From an uncultured Cytophagales bacterium (lineage in GTDB: Bacteria > Bacteroidota > Bacteroidia > Cytophagales > JAAEPT01): a stretch of 64,000 bases of DNA. Within the stretch, counting starts at the first letter, position 1. Each line of letters begins with the position of its first letter. The stretch lies in NCBI GenBank assembly GCA_963815495.1, contig CAWFGW010000001.1, positions 65,873 through 129,872 on the forward strand, given 5' to 3'. The notes beneath the pieces were generated by a model. That model worked only from the letters and a program-made list of their open reading frames with translations. It was not told the DNA's origin and searched no databases. Position numbers and translations under genes: made by a program. Of the stretch, positions 1-10,602 are shown in pieces.

Positions 1-66
1 CTTAATTATTTTCATAAGAATGTCTATTAATGTTGGCTGAAGAGTAAATTGAGAGTTTATAAGTTA

Positions 67-1038
67 TTATTGTGACCAAGAAGTTGGTTGTCTGTCCCAA
101 CGGTGATTACGAAGTTCTTGCACTAAGTCTTTAGAAAGTTTGGTGCCATCACTTGTTGCCGTGTTTGCTATTACGTTACGTTCTTTTCGCATCCCTGGAA
201 TAGTTGTACAGATATCTTCATTTTCTAAGATAAAGCGTAAAGCCATTTCAGCCATAGTCATACCATTTGGGACAACAGGTCGTAAAGCATCGGCTTTTTC
301 AGCACTGGCTATGAGGTTTTCAGGAACAAAATAGGTAGACCTCCAATCTTCTTCAGGAAAGGTGGTTTCTTTAGAAATATTACCTGTAAGAGTGCCCTCG
401 TCAAAGGGTACACGTGCAATGAAAGCGATGTCTAATTTTCGACAGAGTGGGAGCAAAACATCTTCGGGTGCCTGGTCAAATATGTTATAGATTCCCTGAA
501 CGGCATCGATAAGGTTGGTATGTAATGCTTCTATCACATTTTCAGGTTCCCAACGATTGATGCTTATGCCCATTGCATCTATTTTTCCAGCTTTTTTTAA
601 ATCCTCTACAGCGCGTTTCCATTCATCTTTAGTCGCCCAGTGGTCATCCCACGTATGGAACTGCATTAAATCTATTTGCTCTAACTTTAAATTAGTTAAG
701 GTTTTATCTGTGTATTCGATGATATGATTATAAGGGTAAGAATCTTCAAAAGCATATTCACGTTTTGCTGGCCAGGAAAAATTTTTAGGCGGAATTTTGC
801 TGGCAGTATAAAGTTTGTTTCCAGGATGTCTTCTTACCAAGTCGCCTAATAATTGTTCACTATGACCTTCACCATAACCCCAAGCAGTATCAAAAAAATT
901 CACACCTCGTTCCACAGCTAAATCTAGCGATTTTGCAGATTGGAGATCATCAGAAGCCGTCCAACCGCCCATACCCCACATGCCGTATCCGATTTCACTT
1001 ACTTGCCATTTTGTCCTACCGAATTTTCTATACTTCAT
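67..1038 (-). CDS. aldo/keto reductase family oxidoreductase
   Basis: 323-aa ORF with an AKR-like N-terminus (GMWGMGGW, FFDTAWGYGEGHSE) and barrel-sized length. Confidence 0.85.
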   Translation of the reverse strand: MKYRKFGRTKWQVSEIGYGMWGMGGWTASDDLQSAKSLDLAVERGVNFFDTAWGYGEGHSEQLLGDLVRRHPGNKLYTASKIPPKNFSWPAKREYAFEDSYPYNHIIEYTDKTLTNLKLEQIDLMQFHTWDDHWATKDEWKRAVEDLKKAGKIDAMGISINRWEPENVIEALHTNLIDAVQGIYNIFDQAPEDVLLPLCRKLDIAFIARVPFDEGTLTGNISKETTFPEEDWRSTYFVPENLIASAEKADALRPVVPNGMTMAEMALRFILENEDICTTIPGMRKERNVIANTATSDGTKLSKDLVQELRNHRWDRQPTSWSQ

Positions 1039-1245
1039 ACTAGTTTAAACAAGTTTTTATTATTGATATACTGTGATATAGAAAAATAAGAAAATTGATA
1101 ATGAAGTAACTCTTTCGAGAGCGCTACTTATTAAAAAGGTAGCTAAGTTGTGTTTTTTTATACACGAAATATATCGCTTTAGAAACCCTGTTTTGATGGG
1201 AGAATAAGAGAGTAAACAAACTTTTATAGCGTTTGGATTTGTTTA

Positions 1246-3048
1246 TTACCCAATCAATAAGTGAGCATTGGGGTACTTGTAATTGGTTGTTGAAATACGG
1301 TTACTTAAAGCAAGTGCTAAAGTCAGTGTTCCTATTCGTCCAACAAACATAGAAAGTATTATTAACCATTTCCCAGAAGTACTCAGGGAGGCTGTAATTC
1401 CTGTACTCAAACCAACAGTAGCAAAGGCTGATATTTGTTCAAATACCAAGTCAAGAATACTAAGCCCTTCATCTGTAATTGAAAGAAGGAAAATCAAAAC
1501 TAAGTTATAGCTGGCAGCAAAGACGAAGATAGAATAAGCTTTGAAAAGTAAGTCGTTAGAAATGGTTCTTCCCGCCATGTCAATAGATTTTTTACCACGA
1601 ATGGTAGCGATAGAAGAATTTGCAATAATTAAAAAGGTAGAGGTTTTTATACCACCACCAGTAGATCCTGAAGAGGCACCTATAAACATTAAGAAAATCA
1701 TGAATATAAGTGTTGGATTAGATAGTGCACCAATGTCTACGGTATTAAAACCAGCCGTTCTTGTAGTAACGGATTGAAAGAAGGAGGCTACTAAAGCGGT
1801 AAAAGTGTCAGCCCCATCAAGCACATGACCTTTTTTGGACTCGACTAGGTAAAACAATACCATTCCAAAAAAGATGAGGGCTGTGGAGGAATATATAGCA
1901 ATTTTGGAACTAAGGCGCCAATTTTTCCATGGTTTTTCTAATCGTTCTCTTAACATTTTTGGAGAAAGTACATCTTGAATAACCGAAAATCCTAGTCCTC
2001 CAACAATAACAGCACAACCAATAATGACATGTAGTAGATAAGAGTGTCTGATGCTTTCTTCATAAAGACCATTAGTGAATAAGCTAAAGCCTGCATTACA
2101 AAAAGCAGAAACAGCGTGAAAAAGCGACTTAAATATACGGTCACCTATCCCGGTAAATTGTATTTCTGAACCCCAAGAAAAATAGATTCCAATAAAGGTT
2201 AGTAGTTCAATAGTGAAGGTAATGAACACAACTTGACGCAATAAGCTCCTTGATGAGGATAAGTTTTCGCCACTTAAATAGTCCTGTATCATCAACTGCT
2301 GTTTAATACCCACACCACTTTTCAAAAAAGTAGCGAAGAAGGTTGTAAATGAAACTATGCCTATACCTCCAAGTTGCATTAATAGGAGAATTACAATTTG
2401 ACCTTTAAAGGTAAAAAAAGTAGCTGTATCAACAATGATTAACCCTGTTACACAGGAAGCGCTGACGGAGGTGAAAATTGCTTCCATAAATGAGGCACCT
2501 CCTATTTTTATCGTCATAGCGGGTAACATTAATAAGCCTGTACCAATAGCAATTAATATTAAAAAACTGAATATAAAAGTTGTAGCCGGTTGCAATGCTA
2601 TGGAATTGAGGATGTTACTAAACCGTACCAATTCAAACCCAACCAAATAAAGCATTGAAACTGTAATTACAACACTGTAAAAGTGTGTGTATTCCTTCAA
2701 CTTGAAAAAAGAAAAAATCACCTCAGTAAAATGAAAGTCAAAAATAAGTGTTTTGAGACCTGTGATAGTAATTAAAACCATGACTAGCCCCTCAAACCAA
2801 GTGTTTTTTATAAACTGAATTCGTTCAAACGTATATAGAAGACGCGCAAAATAATTAATTGCAAAGACACCAAAAAGTAGTTCAAAGGTTTCGTGAATTA
2901 TTATTGTTTCTTTTTGAGATAGACGAAAACCATTTTGGTAAATAATCAGGCATAAAGCTGAAAAAGCACTGAGCTGTGAAAATAAGTGCAGTATCCCCAG
3001 TACTTTATCTTTACTGTCATACAAGAATCTGTATATGCGCTCTCTCAT
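1246..3048 (-). CDS. TrkH/KtrB-family potassium uptake membrane protein
   Basis: 600-aa polytopic ORF with repeated pore-loop style motifs (TGL, TRTAGFNTV, GSTGGGIKT) typical of TrkH. Confidence 0.85.
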   Translation of the reverse strand: MRERIYRFLYDSKDKVLGILHLFSQLSAFSALCLIIYQNGFRLSQKETIIIHETFELLFGVFAINYFARLLYTFERIQFIKNTWFEGLVMVLITITGLKTLIFDFHFTEVIFSFFKLKEYTHFYSVVITVSMLYLVGFELVRFSNILNSIALQPATTFIFSFLILIAIGTGLLMLPAMTIKIGGASFMEAIFTSVSASCVTGLIIVDTATFFTFKGQIVILLLMQLGGIGIVSFTTFFATFLKSGVGIKQQLMIQDYLSGENLSSSRSLLRQVVFITFTIELLTFIGIYFSWGSEIQFTGIGDRIFKSLFHAVSAFCNAGFSLFTNGLYEESIRHSYLLHVIIGCAVIVGGLGFSVIQDVLSPKMLRERLEKPWKNWRLSSKIAIYSSTALIFFGMVLFYLVESKKGHVLDGADTFTALVASFFQSVTTRTAGFNTVDIGALSNPTLIFMIFLMFIGASSGSTGGGIKTSTFLIIANSSIATIRGKKSIDMAGRTISNDLLFKAYSIFVFAASYNLVLIFLLSITDEGLSILDLVFEQISAFATVGLSTGITASLSTSGKWLIILSMFVGRIGTLTLALALSNRISTTNYKYPNAHLLIG

Positions 3049-3052
3049 GCTG

Positions 3053-4045
3053 CTAATCTAGCAATTTTCTGATTGCCTCTTCCTTCAATCGCACTTTATT
3101 CACGGGCACTACACCAATGTGTTCACACACTAACCCACCTGCTAAGTTGCTTAATTTTGCTAAAAAAGGCATGTCCGTTTGTTTTGCTAGGCAAAGTGCT
3201 GCTACACTTACAACGGTATCACCAGCTCCTGACACATCCGTGATATCTCGTTTATGGGCTGAGTTATAACTGTTTTCAGTTCCATCACCGATAAATACAC
3301 CTTCTTCTGAAAGAGTAACAAGTGCTGAAGACATGTTTATTTCCTGCTTTAATTTTAACACCGCTTTTTGAATGCCTTTTTGATCATTTTTTTTTACTTC
3401 AATATTTAACCCTTCGGTTAACTCTTTTAAGTTAGGTTTGAATATTGTCACATTTTTGTAAGCTAAAAAATTTTTCTTTTTGGGGTCAACAATGGTAGGC
3501 TTGTTTTCTTCTTTAGCAATTTTAATAAAATCAGGAATGTTTTTATCAATCAGAACGCCTTTATTGTAATCTTGAAATAAAACTACATCCACTTCTTTTA
3601 TCAGCAACTTGAAATTTTTTACTAGGCCTTTGATTTCTTTATCGTTGGCATCATGTGTATCTTCAGTATCCACACGAAGCAACTGTTGTGATGAAGCAAT
3701 AATGCGGTGTTTAACAGTGGTCTTTCTGGTTGAGCTGATGAACACTCCTTCTGCGGAGAGATGGTTTTCTTTTAATAAATCAAGAAACTCAGTTCCCTCT
3801 GCATCATCTCCTACAATAGTACATAAAAAGGGTGTGGCACCCATAGCTTGTAAGTTCAAGGCTACGTTTGCCGCACCACCTAATCTTTTTTCTCTGTTTT
3901 TGACATTTACTATCGGTACTGGTGCCTCAGGTGATATACGTGTCGTTGTTCCCCATAAATAGGAGTCTAACATTACATCACCTACGACTAATACTTTGAG
4001 TGAATTAAAATCCTCAAAGAGTGCTTCGATAGCAGTTGCTGTCAT
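3053..4045 (-). CDS. PfkB-family sugar kinase, RfaE/HldE domain-I-like (D-glycero-beta-D-manno-heptose-7-phosphate kinase-like)
   Basis: 330 aa. N-terminus VLVVGDVMLDSYLWG...SPEAPVPIV...RLGGAANVA and C-terminal GAGDT motif. Confidence 0.75.
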   Translation of the reverse strand: MTATAIEALFEDFNSLKVLVVGDVMLDSYLWGTTTRISPEAPVPIVNVKNREKRLGGAANVALNLQAMGATPFLCTIVGDDAEGTEFLDLLKENHLSAEGVFISSTRKTTVKHRIIASSQQLLRVDTEDTHDANDKEIKGLVKNFKLLIKEVDVVLFQDYNKGVLIDKNIPDFIKIAKEENKPTIVDPKKKNFLAYKNVTIFKPNLKELTEGLNIEVKKNDQKGIQKAVLKLKQEINMSSALVTLSEEGVFIGDGTENSYNSAHKRDITDVSGAGDTVVSVAALCLAKQTDMPFLAKLSNLAGGLVCEHIGVVPVNKVRLKEEAIRKLLD

Positions 4046-5262
4046 TATACTAATTTACCTAACCATTCGGTTAATCGTGTAGCAGCTTCTTTCAAATTTT
4101 CATCAGAAGTAGCGTAAGAAAAACGTAAGTTTTTAGGTGCTCCAAAAGCTTCACCAGCAACACTCGATACATGAGCAGAGTTTAATAAGTATAAACTCAA
4201 ATCCATTGAATCTTTAATCACAGAACCGTCAGGAGCGGTTTTACCATAATAAGAACTTACATCAGGGAATAAGTAGAAAGCACCTTCAGGAGTAGCTACA
4301 TCTATTCCTGGAATTTCTTTTAATAATGAAATCAATAAATCCCTTCTTCTTAAGAAAGCTTCACCCATTTCATTAATCGCCTTCGTCATGTTTGTGTAAT
4401 CTTCTAGCGCAGTCACACAAGCATGTTGTGTAATTGAGTTTGTTCCAGATGTTACTTGACCTTGAATTTTGTCTGTAGCTTTTGCCAACCATAGTGGTGC
4501 ACAGATGTACCCTACTCTCCAACCAGTCATTGCAAATCCTTTTGAAAAACCGTTGATAGTGATTGTTCTATCTTTAGCACCTTCCAATGAACCCATTGAA
4601 GTGTGTTTTCCCACGTAGTTGATGTATTCGTAGATTTCATCAGCCATGAACATCACATGTTCAGGAACTGCTTTAATCATAGCTTTTAACTCTTCTTCAG
4701 AGAATAATGCACCAGCAGGGTTACTTGGTGAGGAGTATAAAACAGCTTTAGTTTTTTCAGTACACGCAGCACCAATTTGATCTGCTGTTGGTTTAAATCC
4801 TGTATCAATATCTCCACTTACAATAACTGGAATACCTCCAGCAAACTTCACTACATCGGCATAACTAACCCAGTATGGACCTAAAATCACGACTTCGTCA
4901 CCTGGATTTACTAAGGCTAATATTACGTTTGCGATGGATTGTTTCGCGCCAGTTGAAACTACAATTTGGTTGGCAACAGCATCTATATTGTTGTCGCGCT
5001 TTAACTTAGTTACAATGGCATTTTTTAATGCTGGAATACCAGGTACGGGAGTATATTGGTGGTAACCATCGTCAATGGCTTTCTTCGCAGCATCACAGAT
5101 ATAAGAAGGCGTCTTAAAGTCAGGTTCTCCAACACTTAAGTTGATAACCTTTACACCTTTCCCCGCTAATTCTCTTGCAGCTTGAGCCATCGCAAGTGTT
5201 GCTGACTCTTCCATGTTTACGACTCTATCCGATAGAGGTAAAGTTTCTGTTAAAGCACTCAT
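4045..5262 (-). CDS. PLP-dependent class I aminotransferase (aspartate aminotransferase-like)
   Basis: 405 aa. SKGFAMTGWRVGY lysine motif and NPxG (SNPAGA) motif. Confidence 0.85.
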   Translation of the reverse strand: MSALTETLPLSDRVVNMEESATLAMAQAARELAGKGVKVINLSVGEPDFKTPSYICDAAKKAIDDGYHQYTPVPGIPALKNAIVTKLKRDNNIDAVANQIVVSTGAKQSIANVILALVNPGDEVVILGPYWVSYADVVKFAGGIPVIVSGDIDTGFKPTADQIGAACTEKTKAVLYSSPSNPAGALFSEEELKAMIKAVPEHVMFMADEIYEYINYVGKHTSMGSLEGAKDRTITINGFSKGFAMTGWRVGYICAPLWLAKATDKIQGQVTSGTNSITQHACVTALEDYTNMTKAINEMGEAFLRRRDLLISLLKEIPGIDVATPEGAFYLFPDVSSYYGKTAPDGSVIKDSMDLSLYLLNSAHVSSVAGEAFGAPKNLRFSYATSDENLKEAATRLTEWLGKLV

Positions 5263-5365
5263 GTTATATAATTATTGATTCAATTAAAATGGTCGCAAAG
5301 CTACAAATTTCGATGTGTAATTTCTAAATCAAAAGGGTGTTTTTAAAAAAAGTGATTATAAAATC

Positions 5366-7319
5366 TTAACTACCTAACTTGCTGATAGACTTTAGAATAA
5401 TTTCGATGTCAGCACCTACACTGTATTCCTTCGCATAAATAGTGTCTAACCGTTTAATAGTATTTTCATCTAAATGATTAGTGAGCATATTTGTAGAAGG
5501 TGTAAGCACTCCTTTTTTCATTTTAGGAAGGTGAACATGATTATGTTCAGAAAATCCAACCCAAGATAATACACCAAATAAAACTTTAAGTGCATTCTTA
5601 ATAAAATTAACAGGGTTTTTAATAATGAAAACTAATATCGGAGAAAAGGCCAAGCAGATTAAACTAACGCATATGTCAAAGACACGTTTGTTGCGGATAT
5701 TATTTTTTAAAATGATGTTTAATTTTATTTCTATAGTATAAAAGTCACCAGGACGGTTTTTTGAATTACTTCCTATCACATAATTACTTTCGTCAGGTAC
5801 AATTTTATAGTCTAAATAGCGTTTATCGATATTGACCATCAACTCAATAATTTGATTGGCAGAGATATCTTTAGAGCAAAAAATGATTTCATCCAATTTA
5901 TAAATCTCGAGTATTTCAGAAAGTTGGTCAAGCGCCCCAAGATTATGTTCGTGTTTACCATTTTTAACTGGCGTAATAAAACCGATGACATTTACATTCG
6001 CATGCATCTCTCGGAGTAGACCAAGTACGCGTTCGCTCTCCTGATGGTTACCTATTAGAGCAACACGTTTTTCTGGGTTTTTGTCAAGAGTGAAGTTATT
6101 ATATTTAATAAAATGAAAGATTAGCCGATTAACGATTAAAATCAGACTGCTACTAAACCCTCCCAATAAAATAAGTGCTTTAGAAAAACGATAACTATCA
6201 ATAAAATTAGTGAGTGCTGAAATTAAGATAGTGCCAATAAATATGCCGCGAATAATTTTTGCTACTTTAATGGGTTTGTCGTTACCTCCACTGAAATAGT
6301 TTGAAAGCAACCAGATAAGAACATAGCAAGGCACTACTATACTCATGAATTCTTCAGGGTATTTAGAAGGGGCAAATTTATGGTTCGCTTCCCAATAATC
6401 AGTTAGCCAACTCATGGCTAAATACATAAAAGTAATGTCGAAAAGAGTAAGTGATGCACGAGAGATGAAACGGATAAAAATATCAATTCCTGCCTTGATG
6501 TAAATAGCAATATTGATAAGGAATGAAAAAAGTGCCGCTTTATTATGAGAAAAGTGCTTTCGCGCAAAAATGATCATTGCTTTGTAAAAAATAAAAACAT
6601 AATTAATAGATGTTTTCTTGGTGCTCTCTCCTTTATAATGGATAATCCGGGCTTTGGGAAAGTAATAATTTTTATATCCACCTTTAATAATACGGTAAGA
6701 AAGAATCGATGTCTTCTCCGTACATAAAATATTCTTCATCTAGGAGGCCGACTTTTGCTAGTGCCGACTTTCGCATAAACATGAAAGCGCCTGAAAGTAC
6801 TTCTATTTCATGAATTTGATTTTCATCTAAATAACCTAAATGATATTTGCCAAAAAGTTTCGATTTGGGGAAAATCGATGCAAGACCTACCATTTTAAAT
6901 AACGCTACCTGTGGGGTTGGTAAACCTCTTTTTGATTCTGGAAGAAAATTTCCTTTTCCATCCACCATTTTTACTCCAAGTCCACCCGCATCAGGATTTT
7001 GATCCATAAACAGGCAACATTTTTCTAAAGTGTCTTCTTCTAAAAGGGTATCTGGATTGAGTAATAAGATGTATTCACCCTTTGCAATACGCATGGCTTG
7101 GTTATTAGCCTTTGCAAATCCTACATTTTCTTTATTGGCAATAAGCTTGACTTCGGGAAACTTCTCTTTCACCAGTGCAACCGATTTGTCAACTGAGTTG
7201 TTGTCTACAACGATGATTTCTACCTCAAGATTTTTTGAAGCATTGATAACAGACTTAATAATTTGCTCTAAAAAGTAGCAAACGTTGTAATTGACAATAA
7301 TGACGCTGAGTTTTTTCAA
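5366..7319 (-). pseudogene. family-2 glycosyltransferase fused to a membrane/CoA-binding-like/sugar-transferase-like C-terminal region, interrupted by a +1 frameshift near 6700-6705
   Basis: ORF 6684..7319 ends ...YFMYGEDIDSFLPYY*. ORF 5366..6739 reads ...SILSYRIIKGGYKNYYFPKARIIHYKGEST. Removing one T after GAT in gacatcgatTctttcttaccgt restores the GT2 motif GEDIDLSYRI in one frame. Confidence 0.7.
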
Positions 7320-7325
7320 GAAAAA

Positions 7326-7934
7326 TTATGAGTAGTTGTAAATAGTTCGGGAAACGATGCTTCTTCCTAAAGTAACTTCATCAGCATACTCTAATTCTCC
7401 GCCCACAGGAATACCTCTTGCGATGGTACTCGCTTTCACTCCGTAATCTTTTAGTTTTTTTGTTAAATAAAAAGCTGTAGTGTCACCTTCCATTGTAGGA
7501 CTAAGGGCAAAAATAATTTCTTGTATTTCACCTTGAGCAACGCGCTGGATTAAACTATCAATATTGAGCTCTGTTGGTCCGATGCCATCCATAGGAGAAA
7601 TCACACCACCTAATACATGGTATAAACCAAAATATTGATTGGTGTTTTCAATGGCCAATACATCTTTGGTGTCTTCGACTAAACAAAGGATGGAGCGATC
7701 TCTGCGTGAACTAGCACATACACGACATTGCTTGCTGTCGGCAATAGAATGGCAATCATTGCAATATTGAATGTTTTGCCTTAATGTAGACAGTGAGTCT
7801 GCTAAGTTTTGGGTAAAATTAGCATCTTCTTTTAATAGGTGTAAAACCAAGCGCAACGCTGATTTTTTTCCTATACCGGGCAGTTTTGATATTTCGTTGA
7901 CTGCATTTTCAACTAGTCGAGAAGGGAACTCCAT
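7326..7934 (-). CDS. recR: recombination protein RecR
   Basis: 202 aa. HhH ([11 protein letters not shown]), C4 zinc finger (CNDC...CRVC) and Toprim region. Confidence 0.92.
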   Translation of the reverse strand: MEFPSRLVENAVNEISKLPGIGKKSALRLVLHLLKEDANFTQNLADSLSTLRQNIQYCNDCHSIADSKQCRVCASSRRDRSILCLVEDTKDVLAIENTNQYFGLYHVLGGVISPMDGIGPTELNIDSLIQRVAQGEIQEIIFALSPTMEGDTTAFYLTKKLKDYGVKASTIARGIPVGGELEYADEVTLGRSIVSRTIYNYS

Positions 7935-7969
7935 TCAGTAAATCACATAACTTCAGCACTGATTCCTCG

Positions 7970-8224
7970 CTAACAAATAGCATTTCTTAGACTTGCTAGC
8001 TTGTCAAATTCACCTGATTTCACAGCACATTTTCCTTTGTAATGTACTAACAGGGTGCATTGCTCTGCTTGTTCAGGAGTATGGTCACAAACATCAATTA
8101 ATGTATTAATAACGTGATCAAATGTATTAACCTCATCATTAAAGATCACTAGATTATTAATGTCTGTTGTAGTAACTTCCGTGTCTACTAGTTCTTGTGT
8201 TTCAATTTCTGGAAATAGTTGCAT
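7970..8224 (-). CDS. clpS: ATP-dependent Clp protease adaptor ClpS
   Basis: 84 aa. VIFNDEVNTFDHVI...QAEQCTLLVHYKGKCAV core. Confidence 0.85.
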   Translation of the reverse strand: MQLFPEIETQELVDTEVTTTDINNLVIFNDEVNTFDHVINTLIDVCDHTPEQAEQCTLLVHYKGKCAVKSGEFDKLASLRNAIC

Positions 8225-8344
8225 GGCTTTAAAACAGGTTTGTTTGGTACAAAATTAAGAATTTTTAATCAATTTTGATTGATAATTCACGATTTGATTT
8301 GCGATAGACAACTCATTATGAATTAGTTTATTAAAATAGCTATA

Positions 8345-9823
8345 ATGAATCCATTTCTAATAATCACATTAATAACAGTTTATTTCGCTGTTCTGTTTTC
8401 AATTTCTTATTTCACCAGTAAAAATTCTGATGACGAGTCTTTTTTTACAGGAAACAAACAATCACCTTGGTACTTGGTGGCTTTTGGTATGATTGGCGCC
8501 TCACTTTCAGGAGTAACGTTCATATCAATTCCAGGCACCGTGGCGGGCAGCAGTTTTGGATACATGCAAATGGTGTTAGGGTATTTGGTTGGATATACCA
8601 TTATCGCCTTAGTGTTAATGCCTTTGTATTATCGCCTACAGCTCACTTCTATTTATAGTTTTTTGGAAGACCGCTTTGGAAGAAACACACAGTTAGTCGG
8701 GGCAGGGTTCTTCTTGCTTTCGCGCGTGGTAGGAGCTTCACTTCGAATGTATTTAGTGGTGTTGGTTCTACAGCATTTTGTGTTTGAACCCATGGGCGTA
8801 CATTATTCGATTACTATTTTTATTTCTTTAGCTTTAATCTGGGTATATACTTTTAAAAGTGGCATTAAAACCATTGTATGGACAGATTCCTTACAAACCC
8901 TTTTTATGTTACTTTCTTTAGGGATATCTATCTATGTAATAGGAGATTCTTTTGAATGGTCTTTTTTTGAAAGCATCAACGAAGTGACTAAAAGTAGTTA
9001 TTCTAAGGTGTTTTTCTTTGATGATATTTTGGGGAAAGGACATTTTTTGAAGCAGTTTTTTGGGGGTGCTATTATCGCGGTAGCTATGACGGGACTTGAT
9101 CAGGATATGATGCAAAAAAACTTGACCTGCCCCAATATAAAAGATGCTCAAAAAAATGTACTAGGGTTTAGCGTGGTGTTAGTGTTGGTTAATTTTTTGT
9201 TTCTTGTTTTAGGTGCTTTATTATTCATTTATTCAGATGCAAATGGTATCTCTATCCCTACGCGAATGGTGGATGGTGTTGAGAAAACCGCTACTGATTT
9301 ATTGTTTCCGGTGTTGGCCATTGAACACTTAGGTACTTTCTGTGGGGTGACCTTTTTAATTGGTTTAATAGCTGCAGCTTATTCGAGTGCTGATTCTGCA
9401 TTGACGGCATTGACTACTAGTTTCTGCTATGATTTTTTAAAGTTAGATAAGCGGAAAGGAAATTTCCCGAAGGGGATGAGAAACTATGTGCACATTGGAT
9501 TTACTGGTTTACTGTTTATTGTCATTGTGCTTTTTTATAAAAGTAATGATACCTCAACAATTAATAAACTCTTTACGTGGGCAGGATATACTTACGGCCC
9601 CTTGTTGGGCTTGTTCTTTTTCGGAATCATCAGTAAAGCGCAACCAAAAGATAGTTTGATTCCCTTGGTTTGTATTATTGCTCCTGTATTGTCGTATGTT
9701 CTAGATCATAATTCAGTAGCTTGGTTTGGTGGTTACCAATTTGGCTTTGAGTTATTGTTGGTGAACGGAGTGTTGACCTATGTCGGGTTAGGGTTGCTTC
9801 CTAAGAGACAGGGCTTTCATTAA
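8345..9823 (+). CDS. sodium:solute symporter family transporter
   Basis: 492-aa polytopic ORF with SSF-like layout (FFTGNKQSPWYLVAFGMIGASLSGVTFISIPG). Confidence 0.8.
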   Translation: MNPFLIITLITVYFAVLFSISYFTSKNSDDESFFTGNKQSPWYLVAFGMIGASLSGVTFISIPGTVAGSSFGYMQMVLGYLVGYTIIALVLMPLYYRLQLTSIYSFLEDRFGRNTQLVGAGFFLLSRVVGASLRMYLVVLVLQHFVFEPMGVHYSITIFISLALIWVYTFKSGIKTIVWTDSLQTLFMLLSLGISIYVIGDSFEWSFFESINEVTKSSYSKVFFFDDILGKGHFLKQFFGGAIIAVAMTGLDQDMMQKNLTCPNIKDAQKNVLGFSVVLVLVNFLFLVLGALLFIYSDANGISIPTRMVDGVEKTATDLLFPVLAIEHLGTFCGVTFLIGLIAAAYSSADSALTALTTSFCYDFLKLDKRKGNFPKGMRNYVHIGFTGLLFIVIVLFYKSNDTSTINKLFTWAGYTYGPLLGLFFFGIISKAQPKDSLIPLVCIIAPVLSYVLDHNSVAWFGGYQFGFELLLVNGVLTYVGLGLLPKRQGFH

Positions 9824-9876
9824 TGTAATAGTTTTCAATTAGAAATAAATTCATTTTCATTTGTGAGTTTCTTTAA

Positions 9877-10182
9877 ATGAAACCATATATTTTCTATATA
9901 CTTATTGTGGTTCTTATCATATTAATTCCATTTTGTGGGATTGGTTTATTAGGAACGATGGTAACTGAAAAGTATCAAATAGAACATCCGAGGATGTTTG
10001 TGGAAATGGATGAAGATATTCAGCCATATGAACTAACTAAACAAGAATTAGATAAGATTGATAAACTAGAAAAAGAAGTTCACTTAACTCAAAGTATTTT
10101 AGTGGGAGTAGTTCTTACGGCCTTTTTCAGTATTCTTGTATTGTTTTTGCAACGCAAAAAAATAATAAAAGCTAATTCTTAA
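9877..10182 (+). CDS. hypothetical two-TM membrane protein
   Basis: 101-aa ORF with hydrophobic N- and C-terminal segments. No recognisable family. Confidence 0.4.
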   Translation: MKPYIFYILIVVLIILIPFCGIGLLGTMVTEKYQIEHPRMFVEMDEDIQPYELTKQELDKIDKLEKEVHLTQSILVGVVLTAFFSILVLFLQRKKIIKANS

Positions 10183-10263
10183 GTTTTTCATTTAATGATA
10201 GATAGCAACATTTATAAGCCCGAGTTAGTGTCCTCACTAACGTTTCTTTTACCTAAATTTTAA

Positions 10264-10602
10264 CTACATCAATTCTTCTAAAGGCCGCCAAAAAATATTT
10301 TTAAAACCCACCACTTGGTTATCTTTTACCTCAATACCTTCTGCTTCCAGGCTTTCCTGCATCGCGGTAGGGGTGGGGAAGTGAAATTTGCCAGTTAACA
10401 AACCTTGTCTGTTGACCACACGATGAGCAGGAATGGAGTCATCACCATGTGCGGCATTCATGGCCCAGCCCACCATACGAGCTGAGCTTTTTAATCCTAA
10501 ATATTCACCAATAGCACCATAAGAAGTCACCCGACCGTGTGGGATTAACTTAGCCACTTCGTGCACATCATAAAAAAAGTTTTCTTTGTCTATCTTAGGC
10601 AT
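10264..10602 (-). CDS. MGMT-family DNA-binding protein lacking the acceptor Cys (alkyltransferase-like, ATL)
   Basis: 112 aa. The canonical PCHRV site reads PAHRVV, preceded by the HTH-like SYGAIGEYLG...ARMVGWAM. Confidence 0.7.
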   Translation of the reverse strand: MPKIDKENFFYDVHEVAKLIPHGRVTSYGAIGEYLGLKSSARMVGWAMNAAHGDDSIPAHRVVNRQGLLTGKFHFPTPTAMQESLEAEGIEVKDNQVVGFKNIFWRPLEELM

